DNA of 64,000 nucleotides, from positions 62,001-126,000 of the IMG/VR virus record IMGVR_UViG_3300028800_000001. One strand, given 5' to 3'. Position numbers and translations under genes: made by a program. The notes beneath the pieces were generated by a model that did no database searches, was not told the origin of the DNA, and saw only the letters and a list, made by a program, of their open reading frames with translations. Below, in pieces: positions 9,456 through 18,783 of this stretch. The first letter of the stretch is position 1. Each line of letters begins with the position of its first letter.

Positions 9456-10873
9456 TGTAATTCCTCCATCAGCAGCGCCATCAACGGAAAAGTAACCAGG
9501 AAACGTGAGCGCGACTGTTCTTCATCGCGCTTTACCAAAATGGCAAAGTTGGCTTTCGCCTGCCGTACCATTGGGCTGCTGTCAGAGAAACGTTCCAAGA
9601 CCTCCAACATGTCAGCATACGCGGCTTCTGTTTCCAGGCGAACGTAGAAACTTCCCTCCTTTTGAAGGTAGGGTGAGCAGGAGAAAAGCAAATCAGTAAG
9701 AAAACTCAGGTATTCTGCGTTGGTTGCCCCATAGTGGCGCGCATAGCGGTCGAAAAACGTTTGTTCATCCTCGTTGAGTAAAAGTACGGTTCCCTGCTCC
9801 ATATAGGCATAGACCTTTGGGAGTAAATGATCGCTCTTATAGATCTCAACATAGGTTGGCACATCACTGTAGTATGCTTTGCTCCATGGGATACTTTTCA
9901 TATCTACGTTGGCCCTTGCGCAGAGCGCCGCTGTACAGATCACGCTATTGCCGACGCCATACGGGTGCCCATCATCGTGATGCTCGAAGGCGATATTATA
10001 ACGCCATACAAAATGGCTGTGCCAGATATCTAGTGTGTAATAAATTGCGCTCTTGAGCAAATGAAACGAGCAGCAATGATTCATGCCATGAAACCAGAAC
10101 TTACAATTAGGAAGGCCACGCTGCCAGGGATCTGCATTTTCTATATGATGCACATAATCCGCAAAGTAGTCCTGCGGTGTGCTGTACTCCTGCGCAAGGT
10201 AGTGCTCAAGCAGTTTGACCATCGCATCATCATCAGGATGATCGTATTCCACCGGTTGATAGTGATCAGGCGTCTCATCAATTTCATTTTTGGTATGATT
10301 GTCAAAGTGCCCAATCTGATGCAGGTATTGCATGCGTGCTACACGTAGTAATCGGTGGCGTTCGCAGCATAGTAAGAAGGGGCGAAGCTCTGGAATGCAA
10401 TCAGCATAATAATGATCTTCGTTATAGGTAAGCGTAGAGTTGAGCCAATGACGATATTCATCAATGATCTCTTCTTTACTCGTTAAAAAGACGTGCCCAA
10501 CGTCACGGGCGGTAAAGTGGCGGTACTCTGCGTGTTGTGGTTCCAGACCAAGAATAAGCGCCTCGACAAAAGCCGCATCAAAAGACCAACTGATTGTGAA
10601 AAATTCGATGTCAGCAGAATAGCCAGAGACCATCGCCACCCGCCACTCTGAAGAAACGCCTTTGAATATTTTGGTGGGAAGACCACCTTGCATGTCGAGC
10701 GCTAAACGGAATTTGCGCTCATTGATCGGACGATGTGCCTCAATATGAAACATCACATCTTCATCCGAGATAGCAACCGCGTTGACCGTTTTCACATAAG
10801 GACGAATAGCCGTACAAAACTTCTTGGCGATAGTCATCACTTCGCCTTCGTATTTTCTGAGTGTGCTCATCAT
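9452..10873 (-). CDS. hypothetical protein (473 aa)
   Basis: Long ORF, AAAGGA SD. Confidence 0.85.
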   Translation of the reverse strand: MMSTLRKYEGEVMTIAKKFCTAIRPYVKTVNAVAISDEDVMFHIEAHRPINERKFRLALDMQGGLPTKIFKGVSSEWRVAMVSGYSADIEFFTISWSFDAAFVEALILGLEPQHAEYRHFTARDVGHVFLTSKEEIIDEYRHWLNSTLTYNEDHYYADCIPELRPFLLCCERHRLLRVARMQYLHQIGHFDNHTKNEIDETPDHYQPVEYDHPDDDAMVKLLEHYLAQEYSTPQDYFADYVHHIENADPWQRGLPNCKFWFHGMNHCCSFHLLKSAIYYTLDIWHSHFVWRYNIAFEHHDDGHPYGVGNSVICTAALCARANVDMKSIPWSKAYYSDVPTYVEIYKSDHLLPKVYAYMEQGTVLLLNEDEQTFFDRYARHYGATNAEYLSFLTDLLFSCSPYLQKEGSFYVRLETEAAYADMLEVLERFSDSSPMVRQAKANFAILVKRDEEQSRSRFLVTFPLMALLMEELQ

Positions 10874-10895
10874 TTTCCTTTCTAAAAAATGATTG

Positions 10896-10926
10896 AAAAA
10901 AAAGGAGCGCCGTACTTGACGCCCCC
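10896..10926 (-). terminator. intrinsic terminator
   Basis: GGGGGCGTC/GGCGCTCC stem followed by T8. Confidence 0.7.
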
Positions 10927-10928
10927 TC

Positions 10929-11060
10929 TTACCGACGCTCTTCTTGGCGTCGTTTCTCGCGCTCTTTTTCGCGTGCGCGCCGCTCTCGATCTAGCTCTGC
11001 AAACGTCTTGCCTACTTGTTCTGCTTTCTTGAGGTTCTGTATTGCCAGAAATGCATTCAT
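10929..11060 (-). CDS. small charged protein (43 aa, not in ORF track)
   Basis: MNAFLAIQNLKKAEQ...RR; ATGA overlap; followed by terminator. Confidence 0.55.
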   Translation of the reverse strand: MNAFLAIQNLKKAEQVGKTFAELDRERRAREKEREKRRQEERR

Positions 11061-11251
11061 TTTGGTGCTCTCTTTCCCAGATAACGAAAACTTTTTATCG
11101 AACTATTCACCGTCAAACCAGGATCAACGCGCACTGTCAGGTCAAGGATTTTGCCTTGTTTGTTCCGATAGATGTCCTCAATACGCCCAACGTAGTCTCG
11201 CGTCCCTCCTTCAAGAAGTTGCAAAGTATAAATCACATAATCACCAATCAT
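11057..11251 (-). CDS. hypothetical protein
   Basis: AGGAGG SD downstream of P2. Confidence 0.7.
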   Translation of the reverse strand: MIGDYVIYTLQLLEGGTRDYVGRIEDIYRNKQGKILDLTVRVDPGLTVNSSIKSFRYLGKRAPK

Positions 11252-11275
11252 TGTTTTGTTCTCCTCCTTTCTCTA

Positions 11276-11330
11276 AGTATAGGAAGTTTTTGGAGCCCCG
11301 TCAAGCGTTTCTTCTTTGTATTTTCAGAAA
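11276..11330 (-). promoter_or_regulatory. promoter module P2
   Basis: TTTCTGAAAATAC...TTGACG-N17-TATACT. Confidence 0.85.
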
Positions 11331-11397
11331 AACTTGCAGCCTCCTGCTATACTAAGAGCGTACCTTTCTACAAAAATGAGAGGACCGACCTTATACA

Positions 11398-11889
11398 TCA
11401 AGGCGTCCTCTTCAATTCATCACGCAGCCATTCAAGATATTCAAGGCGTGCTTCTTCCTCTGAGACTTCACGCGTTGCCATGTAAAAGTCTTCAAAATCA
11501 CCACGAAAAAGATCTTGCAGAGCACTGATTTGTTCCTGTTGGGCGTTCCAGGCGTCTTCAATTTCAGAAAGATGATACCAGGACTCGCCTCCAGGGGTGT
11601 CTTGCCGATACCCAATAAGATAGTCAGTTGCCCACACTGACCAGCGTTCGTATTCCCATGCGGTTATTTTCTCCAGGTTTTGTTGGAGGATCATATAGAG
11701 CGTAGGTACTTCATCAGGCGCGGCCTGATAGTCTAGATGCGCAAAGCCAAAGTTGCCACCTTCATCTTTATAATTAAACCCATAGAGAAAGCGAGTATCT
11801 TCTACGCTTATCAATTTGTAGGTCAGTGCCAACTGATCCATCTCATCAGGTGTGGTCTTCGCCATAATGAGGCCGTACAAACTACTCAT
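11398..11889 (-). CDS. hypothetical protein
   Basis: Start MSSLYG after GGAAGGA. Confidence 0.7.
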   Translation of the reverse strand: MSSLYGLIMAKTTPDEMDQLALTYKLISVEDTRFLYGFNYKDEGGNFGFAHLDYQAAPDEVPTLYMILQQNLEKITAWEYERWSVWATDYLIGYRQDTPGGESWYHLSEIEDAWNAQQEQISALQDLFRGDFEDFYMATREVSEEEARLEYLEWLRDELKRTP

Positions 11890-12085
11890 GTTCAAACATC
11901 CTTCCTGTCGCTGCGAACCGCGCAAGATATGGCAAGAGTTCCTGCATCTTTTTCTGAGTGAAAAGAATCGAGCCCAACCAAAGTTGCTCTTCAACAACCG
12001 ACGAGTTGCACACAACGTACTTTCTCTCGCGTGCGTCTACGTCCTCGATCAGCCCCAGGCCATTGTATTCTTGCTCTATTTTCAT
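11882..12085 (-). CDS. hypothetical protein
   Basis: ORF tiling. Confidence 0.65.
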   Translation of the reverse strand: MKIEQEYNGLGLIEDVDARERKYVVCNSSVVEEQLWLGSILFTQKKMQELLPYLARFAATGRMFEHE

Positions 12086-12175
12086 AATCTTTTACTTTCA
12101 GTGAATAAATATTCACATTTTTTATCACTTTGTTATCAAGTGTCGCTGCATTGTATAACATTTGTAAAAATGACC

Positions 12176-12205
12176 TTGCATATTCAGAATGCCCTCAGTT
12201 ATACT
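12176..12205 (+). promoter_or_regulatory. sigma70-type promoter for the + strand globin gene
   Basis: TTGCAT-N18-TATACT. Confidence 0.55.
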
Positions 12206-12233
12206 GGTTTTGTGATGTTTTTCTACTAGTTGA

Positions 12234-12947
12234 TTGGAGAGAAAACCTTTGCGCCCACCATCACTGATTCCGGCCATTCCATTTCGGCTCTTCTCAGAAC
12301 AACGCATTTGCGCGACGAAAACCAAAAGCGCTCCTACTATTTTGCATGCCTGTGCTTACGCAGATCACTGGAATGCGCAGACAAGAGAGATTTACGCCTT
12401 GCTTGACGGGATACGTACCAATGAGGATATTGCGCACCTGCTTGGACTCTCTGCGCTGGATGTTCGTCGCATTTTGAGTCTCTTTGCCATTATTGGCCTT
12501 GTTGACCTCTTTGACGAGAGCACCCAAAGCGTGCTAAGTTTTGATACCTATACCGTACGCAGAGCGGTTGACTTGCTCTACTTTGAACGCGATATTTTCC
12601 TGACACGCTTCTTTCAACTGCTCTTTCAAAACAGCGACTACACCATGCAGGAAAGCGCCGCGTTCTTTTCGTTTCTGCAATTCGTGGCGCGTGGCGGAAC
12701 CACGACCAAGCCCTTTTTTGCGGTCATTCAACAAGCAGGGCAAGAGCACCATGTCATGTCGCTTACCCAAGAGCAATGCGCGGCTATCAGCCTTGCCTTT
12801 TTTGTCGCGGCAGAACACACGCTGGGCTCCTGGTGGAACGAAACGCGTGCACACCACCTGCGCAACGCGTTCTTTCTCGTGACTGATACGCTCTTTACGC
12901 AAGAGTTAACCCAACAAGATTTTCATCACTTGCTCGCCGTATCGTAG
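12234..12947 (+). CDS. winged-HTH plus globin-like domain protein
   Basis: IYALLDGIRTNEDIAHLLGLSALDVRRIL (wHTH); FLTRFFQLLF, IQQAGQEH (F8 His), LGSWWN, AFFLV follow globin helix pattern. Confidence 0.65.
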   Translation: MERKPLRPPSLIPAIPFRLFSEQRICATKTKSAPTILHACAYADHWNAQTREIYALLDGIRTNEDIAHLLGLSALDVRRILSLFAIIGLVDLFDESTQSVLSFDTYTVRRAVDLLYFERDIFLTRFFQLLFQNSDYTMQESAAFFSFLQFVARGGTTTKPFFAVIQQAGQEHHVMSLTQEQCAAISLAFFVAAEHTLGSWWNETRAHHLRNAFFLVTDTLFTQELTQQDFHHLLAVS

Positions 12948-13253
12948 GCCACCAAGAGTCCAGTTATCTCCATCGCTGTAGCGAAGATAGGACAAGAAAC
13001 CTGCAAGGTTTGTCACCGTTTCGCAGTATTGTTTCAAGCGCATCTCTTTGCCCTGCAAGACGAAGAGATAATAGCCGCGTCCTTCAGCCGCACCGCGATA
13101 ATGCACAATAATCACCATGCCGTCTTGCGCTCTGTAAGCTACCTCTTGCGGATCATGCAAGAGTGCAAGAAGTAACCCATAGCGCTTTTCCTGTCGGACA
13201 TCAATATAATCTTTCGCATCACCAGAGTTTTGTCCTTCGGGGATACCACCCAT
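12906..13253 (-). CDS. hypothetical protein
   Basis: ORF tiling. Confidence 0.65.
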   Translation of the reverse strand: MGGIPEGQNSGDAKDYIDVRQEKRYGLLLALLHDPQEVAYRAQDGMVIIVHYRGAAEGRGYYLFVLQGKEMRLKQYCETVTNLAGFLSYLRYSDGDNWTLGGLRYGEQVMKILLG

Positions 13254-13279
13254 ACTATTTTCTCGCTTTCTCTTTCTCT

Positions 13280-13597
13280 TTAACGCCTTCGATAGGGACG
13301 TAATGACTCACGAATGGGATACCAGATCGTGTCATCCAAATCGTAGCCATGACGACTCACCTCTTCGGCAAACAGTTCTGACTCTTCATCGTTGTAACAG
13401 GCTTGCCAGACTGGCCGCTGCTGTAAACTTTCAAAGAGTGCAACCTCATAGTGGACGATAGCCTGACTCACGCCACGCTCGTCTTTTTGACACCCCATAT
13501 AATGCACTCGCACAATAAGCGTTTCCGCGCCTTCGCTATAACTTTCAATATTGTCAGCCTTGAACTCGGCTGCGGAAAATACCATTCCATCACTCAT
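13280..13597 (-). CDS. hypothetical protein
   Basis: ATGA overlap. Confidence 0.7.
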   Translation of the reverse strand: MSDGMVFSAAEFKADNIESYSEGAETLIVRVHYMGCQKDERGVSQAIVHYEVALFESLQQRPVWQACYNDEESELFAEEVSRHGYDLDDTIWYPIRESLRPYRRR

Positions 13598-14277
13598 TCT
13601 GGCTCTCCTAGTAAATTGACGTACATTTTCGTTTTCCTGTAGAACTCTTCTTTGCTTACCCCCTCAATTGCCATGCGATACTCTTCGATGAGATAGCGCT
13701 CCTTTAGAGCCCGATAAGTATCCAAGAGCACCTCTGGAAAATTGGAGGAATAGGCAACATTCGGAAGGGCACTGCGGTCAACAGGACCATACCCTTTTTT
13801 GCGCTCGTAGTAAATGGTCTCCCCAGGATGCACACTAAAAATCCCTTCTTCGCAGCGTATTGTCCCGAAATCTTTCTCGTTATCTCTCCAGTAGAGCGCG
13901 CCATCTATCTGATACCCCCAAAGGTTGAGAAAATGATCGCGAATGTACTCAAGCCACTGACGTATATATCCGCCGCCACTTGTACCATCCCACACGAGCG
14001 CATTCAAATCTTTATGATACTCAATATCGCACCATTCACTCGGCTGTCCAACAACAACTTCGTCATACTGCGGCCCACCGCGATCAATAAATGTTCCTGT
14101 AAAGTATGCACCCTGCACACCAAGTGGTAACCCAACTGCTTCGCGCAACGGATCTTTCCCCAGGTAGTTTTCGTCATGCCGTAAGTGCGAACGAGCAGAG
14201 AAGCTGTAAAGGTAATCAGATTGTGCTTTTGTTAGTTGCCCACGCAAATACATTGCACCATCATAGCGAAAGTCCAT
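13594..14277 (-). CDS. conserved phage hypothetical protein
   Basis: LPLGVQGAYF, QPSEWC, WDG motifs; AGGAGG SD. Confidence 0.8.
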   Translation of the reverse strand: MDFRYDGAMYLRGQLTKAQSDYLYSFSARSHLRHDENYLGKDPLREAVGLPLGVQGAYFTGTFIDRGGPQYDEVVVGQPSEWCDIEYHKDLNALVWDGTSGGGYIRQWLEYIRDHFLNLWGYQIDGALYWRDNEKDFGTIRCEEGIFSVHPGETIYYERKKGYGPVDRSALPNVAYSSNFPEVLLDTYRALKERYLIEEYRMAIEGVSKEEFYRKTKMYVNLLGEPE

Positions 14278-14309
14278 ACGCCCTCCTTTCTTTTTGAATT
14301 AATTATTTT

Positions 14310-14855
14310 TTAATTATTTCGTGGCTTTACTTTTTTAAAATTAATTAATTCTTGCACTTCTATGAAACGCCAGCGCAACCAGAGCACTGAGGCAACGTCC
14401 CATCCCCATAATCCTTCCGGTTCACTGTACTCTGTCGCATAAATACCCTTCCAGGTGACCGCAATACCGTCAAGACCAGCGCGTGCTGCTGCTTCAAAAT
14501 CAATCTTCTTTACATGAGGATCATAGCACTTCTTTAGTGGATAGGTTTGGGTCAGAAAGTGCAAATGCTCCTGGCTCTCAACGGTGTAGACACGTGCCTG
14601 CGGATCTGGCGTGAGTAACCAGAAACGCGCTAGACGCAGCGTGTTCAACTCATTTTCCTGCATATATTCTACCCAGGAAGAGGTCTCACGCGCTGCGTCA
14701 TATGGGGCTGTCCAAATTCCCCCTCTTGGCTTATTCAAAAAGCCATAACGATCATTTTCAATGGGCGCAAATAATTCAGGGATCACCTGCGCCATTGTTT
14801 TACTAACAAAGAGCTGCGGCTGGTTCCACATGCTCCTGGCTCTTTCGATAGGCAT
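14310..14855 (-). CDS. conserved phage protein (NKPxGGxWT family)
   Basis: NKPRGGIWTAP, IDFE, DGI, GWDVAS motifs. Confidence 0.8.
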   Translation of the reverse strand: MPIERARSMWNQPQLFVSKTMAQVIPELFAPIENDRYGFLNKPRGGIWTAPYDAARETSSWVEYMQENELNTLRLARFWLLTPDPQARVYTVESQEHLHFLTQTYPLKKCYDPHVKKIDFEAAARAGLDGIAVTWKGIYATEYSEPEGLWGWDVASVLWLRWRFIEVQELINFKKVKPRNN

Positions 14856-15150
14856 CCTGAAGCACTACGATAAGTGCTCCTGCCGTGATGCACAACGATA
14901 AGTCTTCTTGATCGTCAAGCGTGCCGAGCACTGCGGTGAGCTCTGGTTGGACGGTTGTGAGCACCGTCATTGGCCCAGCGCCTTCACGTGTATAAACGCA
15001 CCGATTGCTCGCCTTGTGGCCGCGAAAGTTTAGAACATCTCGGCTGTAAAGCATCAGGATATTTTGTGTAGGGTCGGAGAGATTGCGACAGGCCACCCGT
15101 TCTTTGGGCATTTTCTTTAACCAGGAGATGACATCAGTGTAGGTAATCAT
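14803..15150 (-). CDS. hypothetical protein
   Basis: GAGG SD. Confidence 0.7.
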   Translation of the reverse strand: MITYTDVISWLKKMPKERVACRNLSDPTQNILMLYSRDVLNFRGHKASNRCVYTREGAGPMTVLTTVQPELTAVLGTLDDQEDLSLCITAGALIVVLQDAYRKSQEHVEPAAALC

Positions 15151-15174
15151 GCAGTATTTTCCTCTTTCTTTCTC

Positions 15175-15246
15175 AATAAAATAAGAGCGGAAGAATATAT
15201 CTATTCGTTAATTCAAGGAGAATATAATATTTCTCCTTCCGCTCTT
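15175..15246 (-). ncRNA. candidate stem-loop sRNA/leader with anti-RBS loop
   Basis: Begins at P3 predicted +1; AAGAGCGGAAG/CTTCCGCTCTT stem, loop TTCTCCTTGAATTAA, T-rich tail. Confidence 0.5.
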
Positions 15247-15250
15247 TCTT

Positions 15251-15305
15251 AGTATAGCGCAGGCACGCTACAACGTCAAGGCTTTTTTCTCTGTATTTTC
15301 AGAAA
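15251..15305 (-). promoter_or_regulatory. promoter module P3
   Basis: TTTCTGAAAATAC...TTGACG-N17-TATACT. Confidence 0.85.
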
Positions 15306-15306
15306 A

Positions 15307-15519
15307 CTAGTGCTCTTCTTCGAGCAACAATTCTCGCTTCGCCATGTCAATCGGTTCTAAAACATAGCCTTGTCCACGCAAAGCAACGGTGTAGCCAAAC
15401 ATCGCCAGCAACGGGCGAAGATGGTGTGCATGAACATGCCCCATTTCTGGCTTTGCGGCATTGAGCGCCGCTAACTCTTCAGCAAACAAGTTTTGTACAT
15501 ACTCTAGTGGAGCGCTCAT
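15307..15519 (-). CDS. hypothetical protein
   Basis: TAATG overlap. Confidence 0.7.
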   Translation of the reverse strand: MSAPLEYVQNLFAEELAALNAAKPEMGHVHAHHLRPLLAMFGYTVALRGQGYVLEPIDMAKRELLLEEEH

Positions 15520-15932
15520 TATACGACCTCACTGCGTGTAACCACGCCTTTTTGAATTTTGACATCCTCAACACTGTCGCCGCTTTCCCAGACGAAAAGG
15601 CCGTCCAGGTCTCCCTGAAAACTTTCAAAGAGCGGAAGCAGAATGTCAGTAAACATATGGCCTGAGCCATCAGAAGACCAGGAAAGCTCTTTGGTCACCA
15701 GTTGATTGTCTTCAATCACGCCACTAAGCGACTGACCTCCAAAGCCCAATTCCCAGGTTTGCGCTGCTAAATCAACCAGGACACGATTTTTGCCTTGCAG
15801 GCACCACTTTTTGCCAACGTTATCATATTGTCGCTTATCAGGCTGCTCACGTAACCACGCCTGAAAGTCAAAGGTGAGAGGAAACACCAGAGAGAGGGAA
15901 CGGATTCTGTGATTGCTAATGTTATATGACAT
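15519..15932 (-). CDS. conserved phage hypothetical protein
   Basis: MSYNI...GSGH...VWESGDS. Confidence 0.75.
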   Translation of the reverse strand: MSYNISNHRIRSLSLVFPLTFDFQAWLREQPDKRQYDNVGKKWCLQGKNRVLVDLAAQTWELGFGGQSLSGVIEDNQLVTKELSWSSDGSGHMFTDILLPLFESFQGDLDGLFVWESGDSVEDVKIQKGVVTRSEVV

Positions 15933-15934
15933 AA

Positions 15935-16627
15935 TTATTTTCTCCCATCAAGTACTGAGATCGCGTCATGATCATAAGTCAGAAGAAACTTCTGTATTTC
16001 GTCTGCACACGTTGGATATTTCTCTGTAAGGCCGCAAGCCAAAAGGACGGCCATTCGTTCACAATATAAAATTCTCTCCGCCAGGAAGTCGCTACGTATC
16101 TTTTCCCTATTTCTCAAAGCGATCCCTTTGTTATACCAACCTTCCGGCAGCATGGCAAGGGCAGTGATGAGCGTCTGCTCTAGCATTACAATACGTTGGA
16201 TAAGCGTTTCTGGGACGTGGTACTCACCCCTATTGAAGAACCAGACCAGCGTCGAGACAAGCATCTCTACCTGTTCTGCCACCGTACAAAGCACCGTCTC
16301 GTCAAAAGCGTCTTCTGCATTTTCTTCTTCGGTCATCTCTTCGAAACAGCGCCCAAGCATCCAAAATGATTCTTCTTTCGAATAAAAGACCATGCCGGTA
16401 CAGCTAAATTCACCCCATACAACGCCTGCAAGCGATTCCTCTTCAATACAGTTGCAGGGAAGAGAAGAATTGAAAGAAACCTCTGGATAGAGGAGCCAGC
16501 GTGGCATTGCTTTCACAATAGGCGTTGTTTGCAACTCATCAAAACTGTTTATCCAGAGGGTGAGCATTTCCCCGTTCACAGCGTGTACAATGCCAGATAC
16601 AAAGAACATTGTTTCTGGATCAATCAT
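15935..16627 (-). CDS. hypothetical protein
   Basis: ORF tiling. Confidence 0.75.
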   Translation of the reverse strand: MIDPETMFFVSGIVHAVNGEMLTLWINSFDELQTTPIVKAMPRWLLYPEVSFNSSLPCNCIEEESLAGVVWGEFSCTGMVFYSKEESFWMLGRCFEEMTEEENAEDAFDETVLCTVAEQVEMLVSTLVWFFNRGEYHVPETLIQRIVMLEQTLITALAMLPEGWYNKGIALRNREKIRSDFLAERILYCERMAVLLACGLTEKYPTCADEIQKFLLTYDHDAISVLDGRK

Positions 16628-17145
16628 GAGGCTGCTTCCTGCGAAAGTATTTCAAATTCACGATTGGCCCAATTAGGAATGCGGTACTGCCTGCCCTGTC
16701 CATCACGAAACTCCAGGGTCTTTTTACCCTTGACTAAGAAGGTGCCAAGCCGCTGTCCATTCTCAAAGAGCAGTGGCTCTTTAAAGCGTACAATACATCC
16801 GTTTGATAGTTGACGTAGTTTCTCGTTACGCGTACGACAATTAGCGCGCCAGTTTAGTGCATTCTCGCTCTCTGTCGGTGTGAGCTGATCAAGAAATCGG
16901 TCAGGGCATTCAAAGTAATATGGCCCCATCGTCTCATCCATATCCTTATACCCAAAGTTGTAATAATCTTTACTTCGGTGTGAAAGCAGGCACACCACCA
17001 CGAATACATCTTCTCTCCGCTTGCAGAGCAAATAGGCCACATGCAAACTAGATACGGAGTCAAGCACCTCAAACGAAGAATATTCCGCCTGAAAGAACTC
17101 CTTGATACTCATTCCTTTTTCTTTTCTGGTAAATGTCCACCCCAT
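16624..17145 (-). CDS. DUF6927-like protein
   Basis: MGW start, FGYKDMDETMGPYYFECP, ALNWR. Confidence 0.7.
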   Translation of the reverse strand: MGWTFTRKEKGMSIKEFFQAEYSSFEVLDSVSSLHVAYLLCKRREDVFVVVCLLSHRSKDYYNFGYKDMDETMGPYYFECPDRFLDQLTPTESENALNWRANCRTRNEKLRQLSNGCIVRFKEPLLFENGQRLGTFLVKGKKTLEFRDGQGRQYRIPNWANREFEILSQEAAS

Positions 17146-17148
17146 TGT

Positions 17149-17514
17149 TTATATCCTTTCTAATAAAAATGTTCGTTCACGTACGATGACCTGACAAAAG
17201 CTGGTGTTTTCGTGCGTTTGCAGTGTGTTATTGCGGTACTCTAGCAAGAGCTCATATTTCTTCTGATAGGTCAGTTTGAGATACGCACCTATGCCCAGGC
17301 GAAAACAGGGAGTTGCGTAAAAAACCTTGTCATCGTCTTCTTCCTCGCGCCATTCCATCATGCGAGGATCAGCAAAAAGGTTGTCTCCACCAGAGATATA
17401 TTCAAGCGTTGTCTCTGTCGGTTCTTCATCGCTGCGCAATCGGCAAATGCGTTCAACCGGCTGTAGCTCCACGCGCCCCGTTGGGATCGTCGCATATTCT
17501 AATGTTATTTTCAC
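17149..17514 (-). CDS. hypothetical protein
   Basis: ORF tiling. Confidence 0.65.
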   Translation of the reverse strand: MKITLEYATIPTGRVELQPVERICRLRSDEEPTETTLEYISGGDNLFADPRMMEWREEEDDDKVFYATPCFRLGIGAYLKLTYQKKYELLLEYRNNTLQTHENTSFCQVIVRERTFLLERI

Positions 17515-17993
17515 ACAATACCCCGTTTCTTTTTTACTTTTTCAAACACGTCGCGAGAAACTAATTGATATGTTTTATACAGACCTTCCCACATTTCTTC
17601 CGTTTCTGCCTCTGTCGCAAGCCCACTGATAGCACGTACAAGCGTGCCGCGCATCAGCAAAAGTTGATACGTATGCGCTTGCCCATAGATACTTGCCAGA
17701 TCTCCTTCGGGGAGCGGTGCTTCTACTGGTTTGTCCGGCTCCAAGAGTCCTGCGCGAACACCCAGGCCATGCATTTGCGCCTTTGAACGTTCTGAGAACT
17801 CTTCAACGGGAAGTATTTCCACCCCAGGATAGTTTTGCTCAATATACTCCCTGGCCTGCTTTTTAGAAGCAAAGCCAGAAAGCAGTCGTGTCCAGTGCTC
17901 TCCCAGGAGCATCACTTGCATATAAATCATTGGGCCAGCACGTCCAATACACCCAAAGCCAGCAGTTTTTGTGGTCACAACAGTGGCCTCCAC
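17511..17993 (-). CDS. hypothetical protein
   Basis: ORF tiling. Confidence 0.7.
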   Translation of the reverse strand: MEATVVTTKTAGFGCIGRAGPMIYMQVMLLGEHWTRLLSGFASKKQAREYIEQNYPGVEILPVEEFSERSKAQMHGLGVRAGLLEPDKPVEAPLPEGDLASIYGQAHTYQLLLMRGTLVRAISGLATEAETEEMWEGLYKTYQLVSRDVFEKVKKKRGIV

Positions 17994-18310
17994 GACTCAT
18001 CTTCGAGTCCAAACACGCGCTCAAGAAAGCGCAGGCAATCGAATAAGGTATTTTTTAATTCTTCATTGGTGTTTCTGCTGAGTAGTGGCTCCACTTCGAA
18101 AAGCTTTTCTAGAAGTTGCCTACCAGTACCACTCTCTTCGTGTGGAAACACCTGGAGCGTCACCATACCACTTGGTGACTCGCCCTGCTCTGTTGCCGCT
18201 CCATTTTCTTGAAACACACGAAAGAGAAAGCCATCCTTGACGACTTCTGCCCCTGCATCAACATGCACATCTTCCGCATGCGAGAGTAAGATGGCTCCCT
18301 CTAATCTCAT
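17975..18310 (-). CDS. hypothetical protein
   Basis: ORF tiling. Confidence 0.7.
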   Translation of the reverse strand: MRLEGAILLSHAEDVHVDAGAEVVKDGFLFRVFQENGAATEQGESPSGMVTLQVFPHEESGTGRQLLEKLFEVEPLLSRNTNEELKNTLFDCLRFLERVFGLEDESWRPLL

Positions 18311-18783
18311 AACTTTTCTACCAATTCCAGATGCACTGTGCCATGAAAGTTTTCCTCGCAGAGCGCAGTGAACTCCTGCTCAGCAAGTTTGCTCAAAAAT
18401 TGGTCTTTATTAACTACTATGTCGCGGCCACCAAGATGACGAAGCGCTTCAGCAAGTTGGCCGTATAAAGACAGTGTTCGATCAGCGCGCCGCCATTCTT
18501 CGTAATGCTCGTAAATCGTGATCACATTTCCGTAGCGATACAACTTTGGCGTTTCCTCACCAAGAGAGAAACTGAAAGAAAGTAAATCGTCGCTGTGCAG
18601 TTCTGCTCGACTTGCTAGCAGCGCATAAAGCGTCTTCCACTCCTGTATGCGATAGGTATTGGTTGCAAGCTCTTCGCGTGCCTCTGACTCACGTGGCGAA
18701 ATCACCAGCACCGACTTCGTGTCACTGAAGTATTTGAGAATCGTCTCAAACTCGTCAGGATCAATAAAAAGTGTGCCAATCAT
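18307..18783 (-). CDS. hypothetical protein
   Basis: ORF tiling. Confidence 0.7.
   Translation of the reverse strand: MIGTLFIDPDEFETILKYFSDTKSVLVISPRESEAREELATNTYRIQEWKTLYALLASRAELHSDDLLSFSFSLGEETPKLYRYGNVITIYEHYEEWRRADRTLSLYGQLAEALRHLGGRDIVVNKDQFLSKLAEQEFTALCEENFHGTVHLELVEKL

Noticed and set aside
12101-12116. Palindrome as a Rex or CRP/FNR site
   Set aside because: Half-site spacing is 2 bp longer than TGTGA-N6-TCACA; kept only as an unassigned operator
15977-15987. Partial match AGTCAGAAGAA to the IscB guide
   Set aside because: Only 11 nt, TAM-proximal mismatch and no ATGA after it
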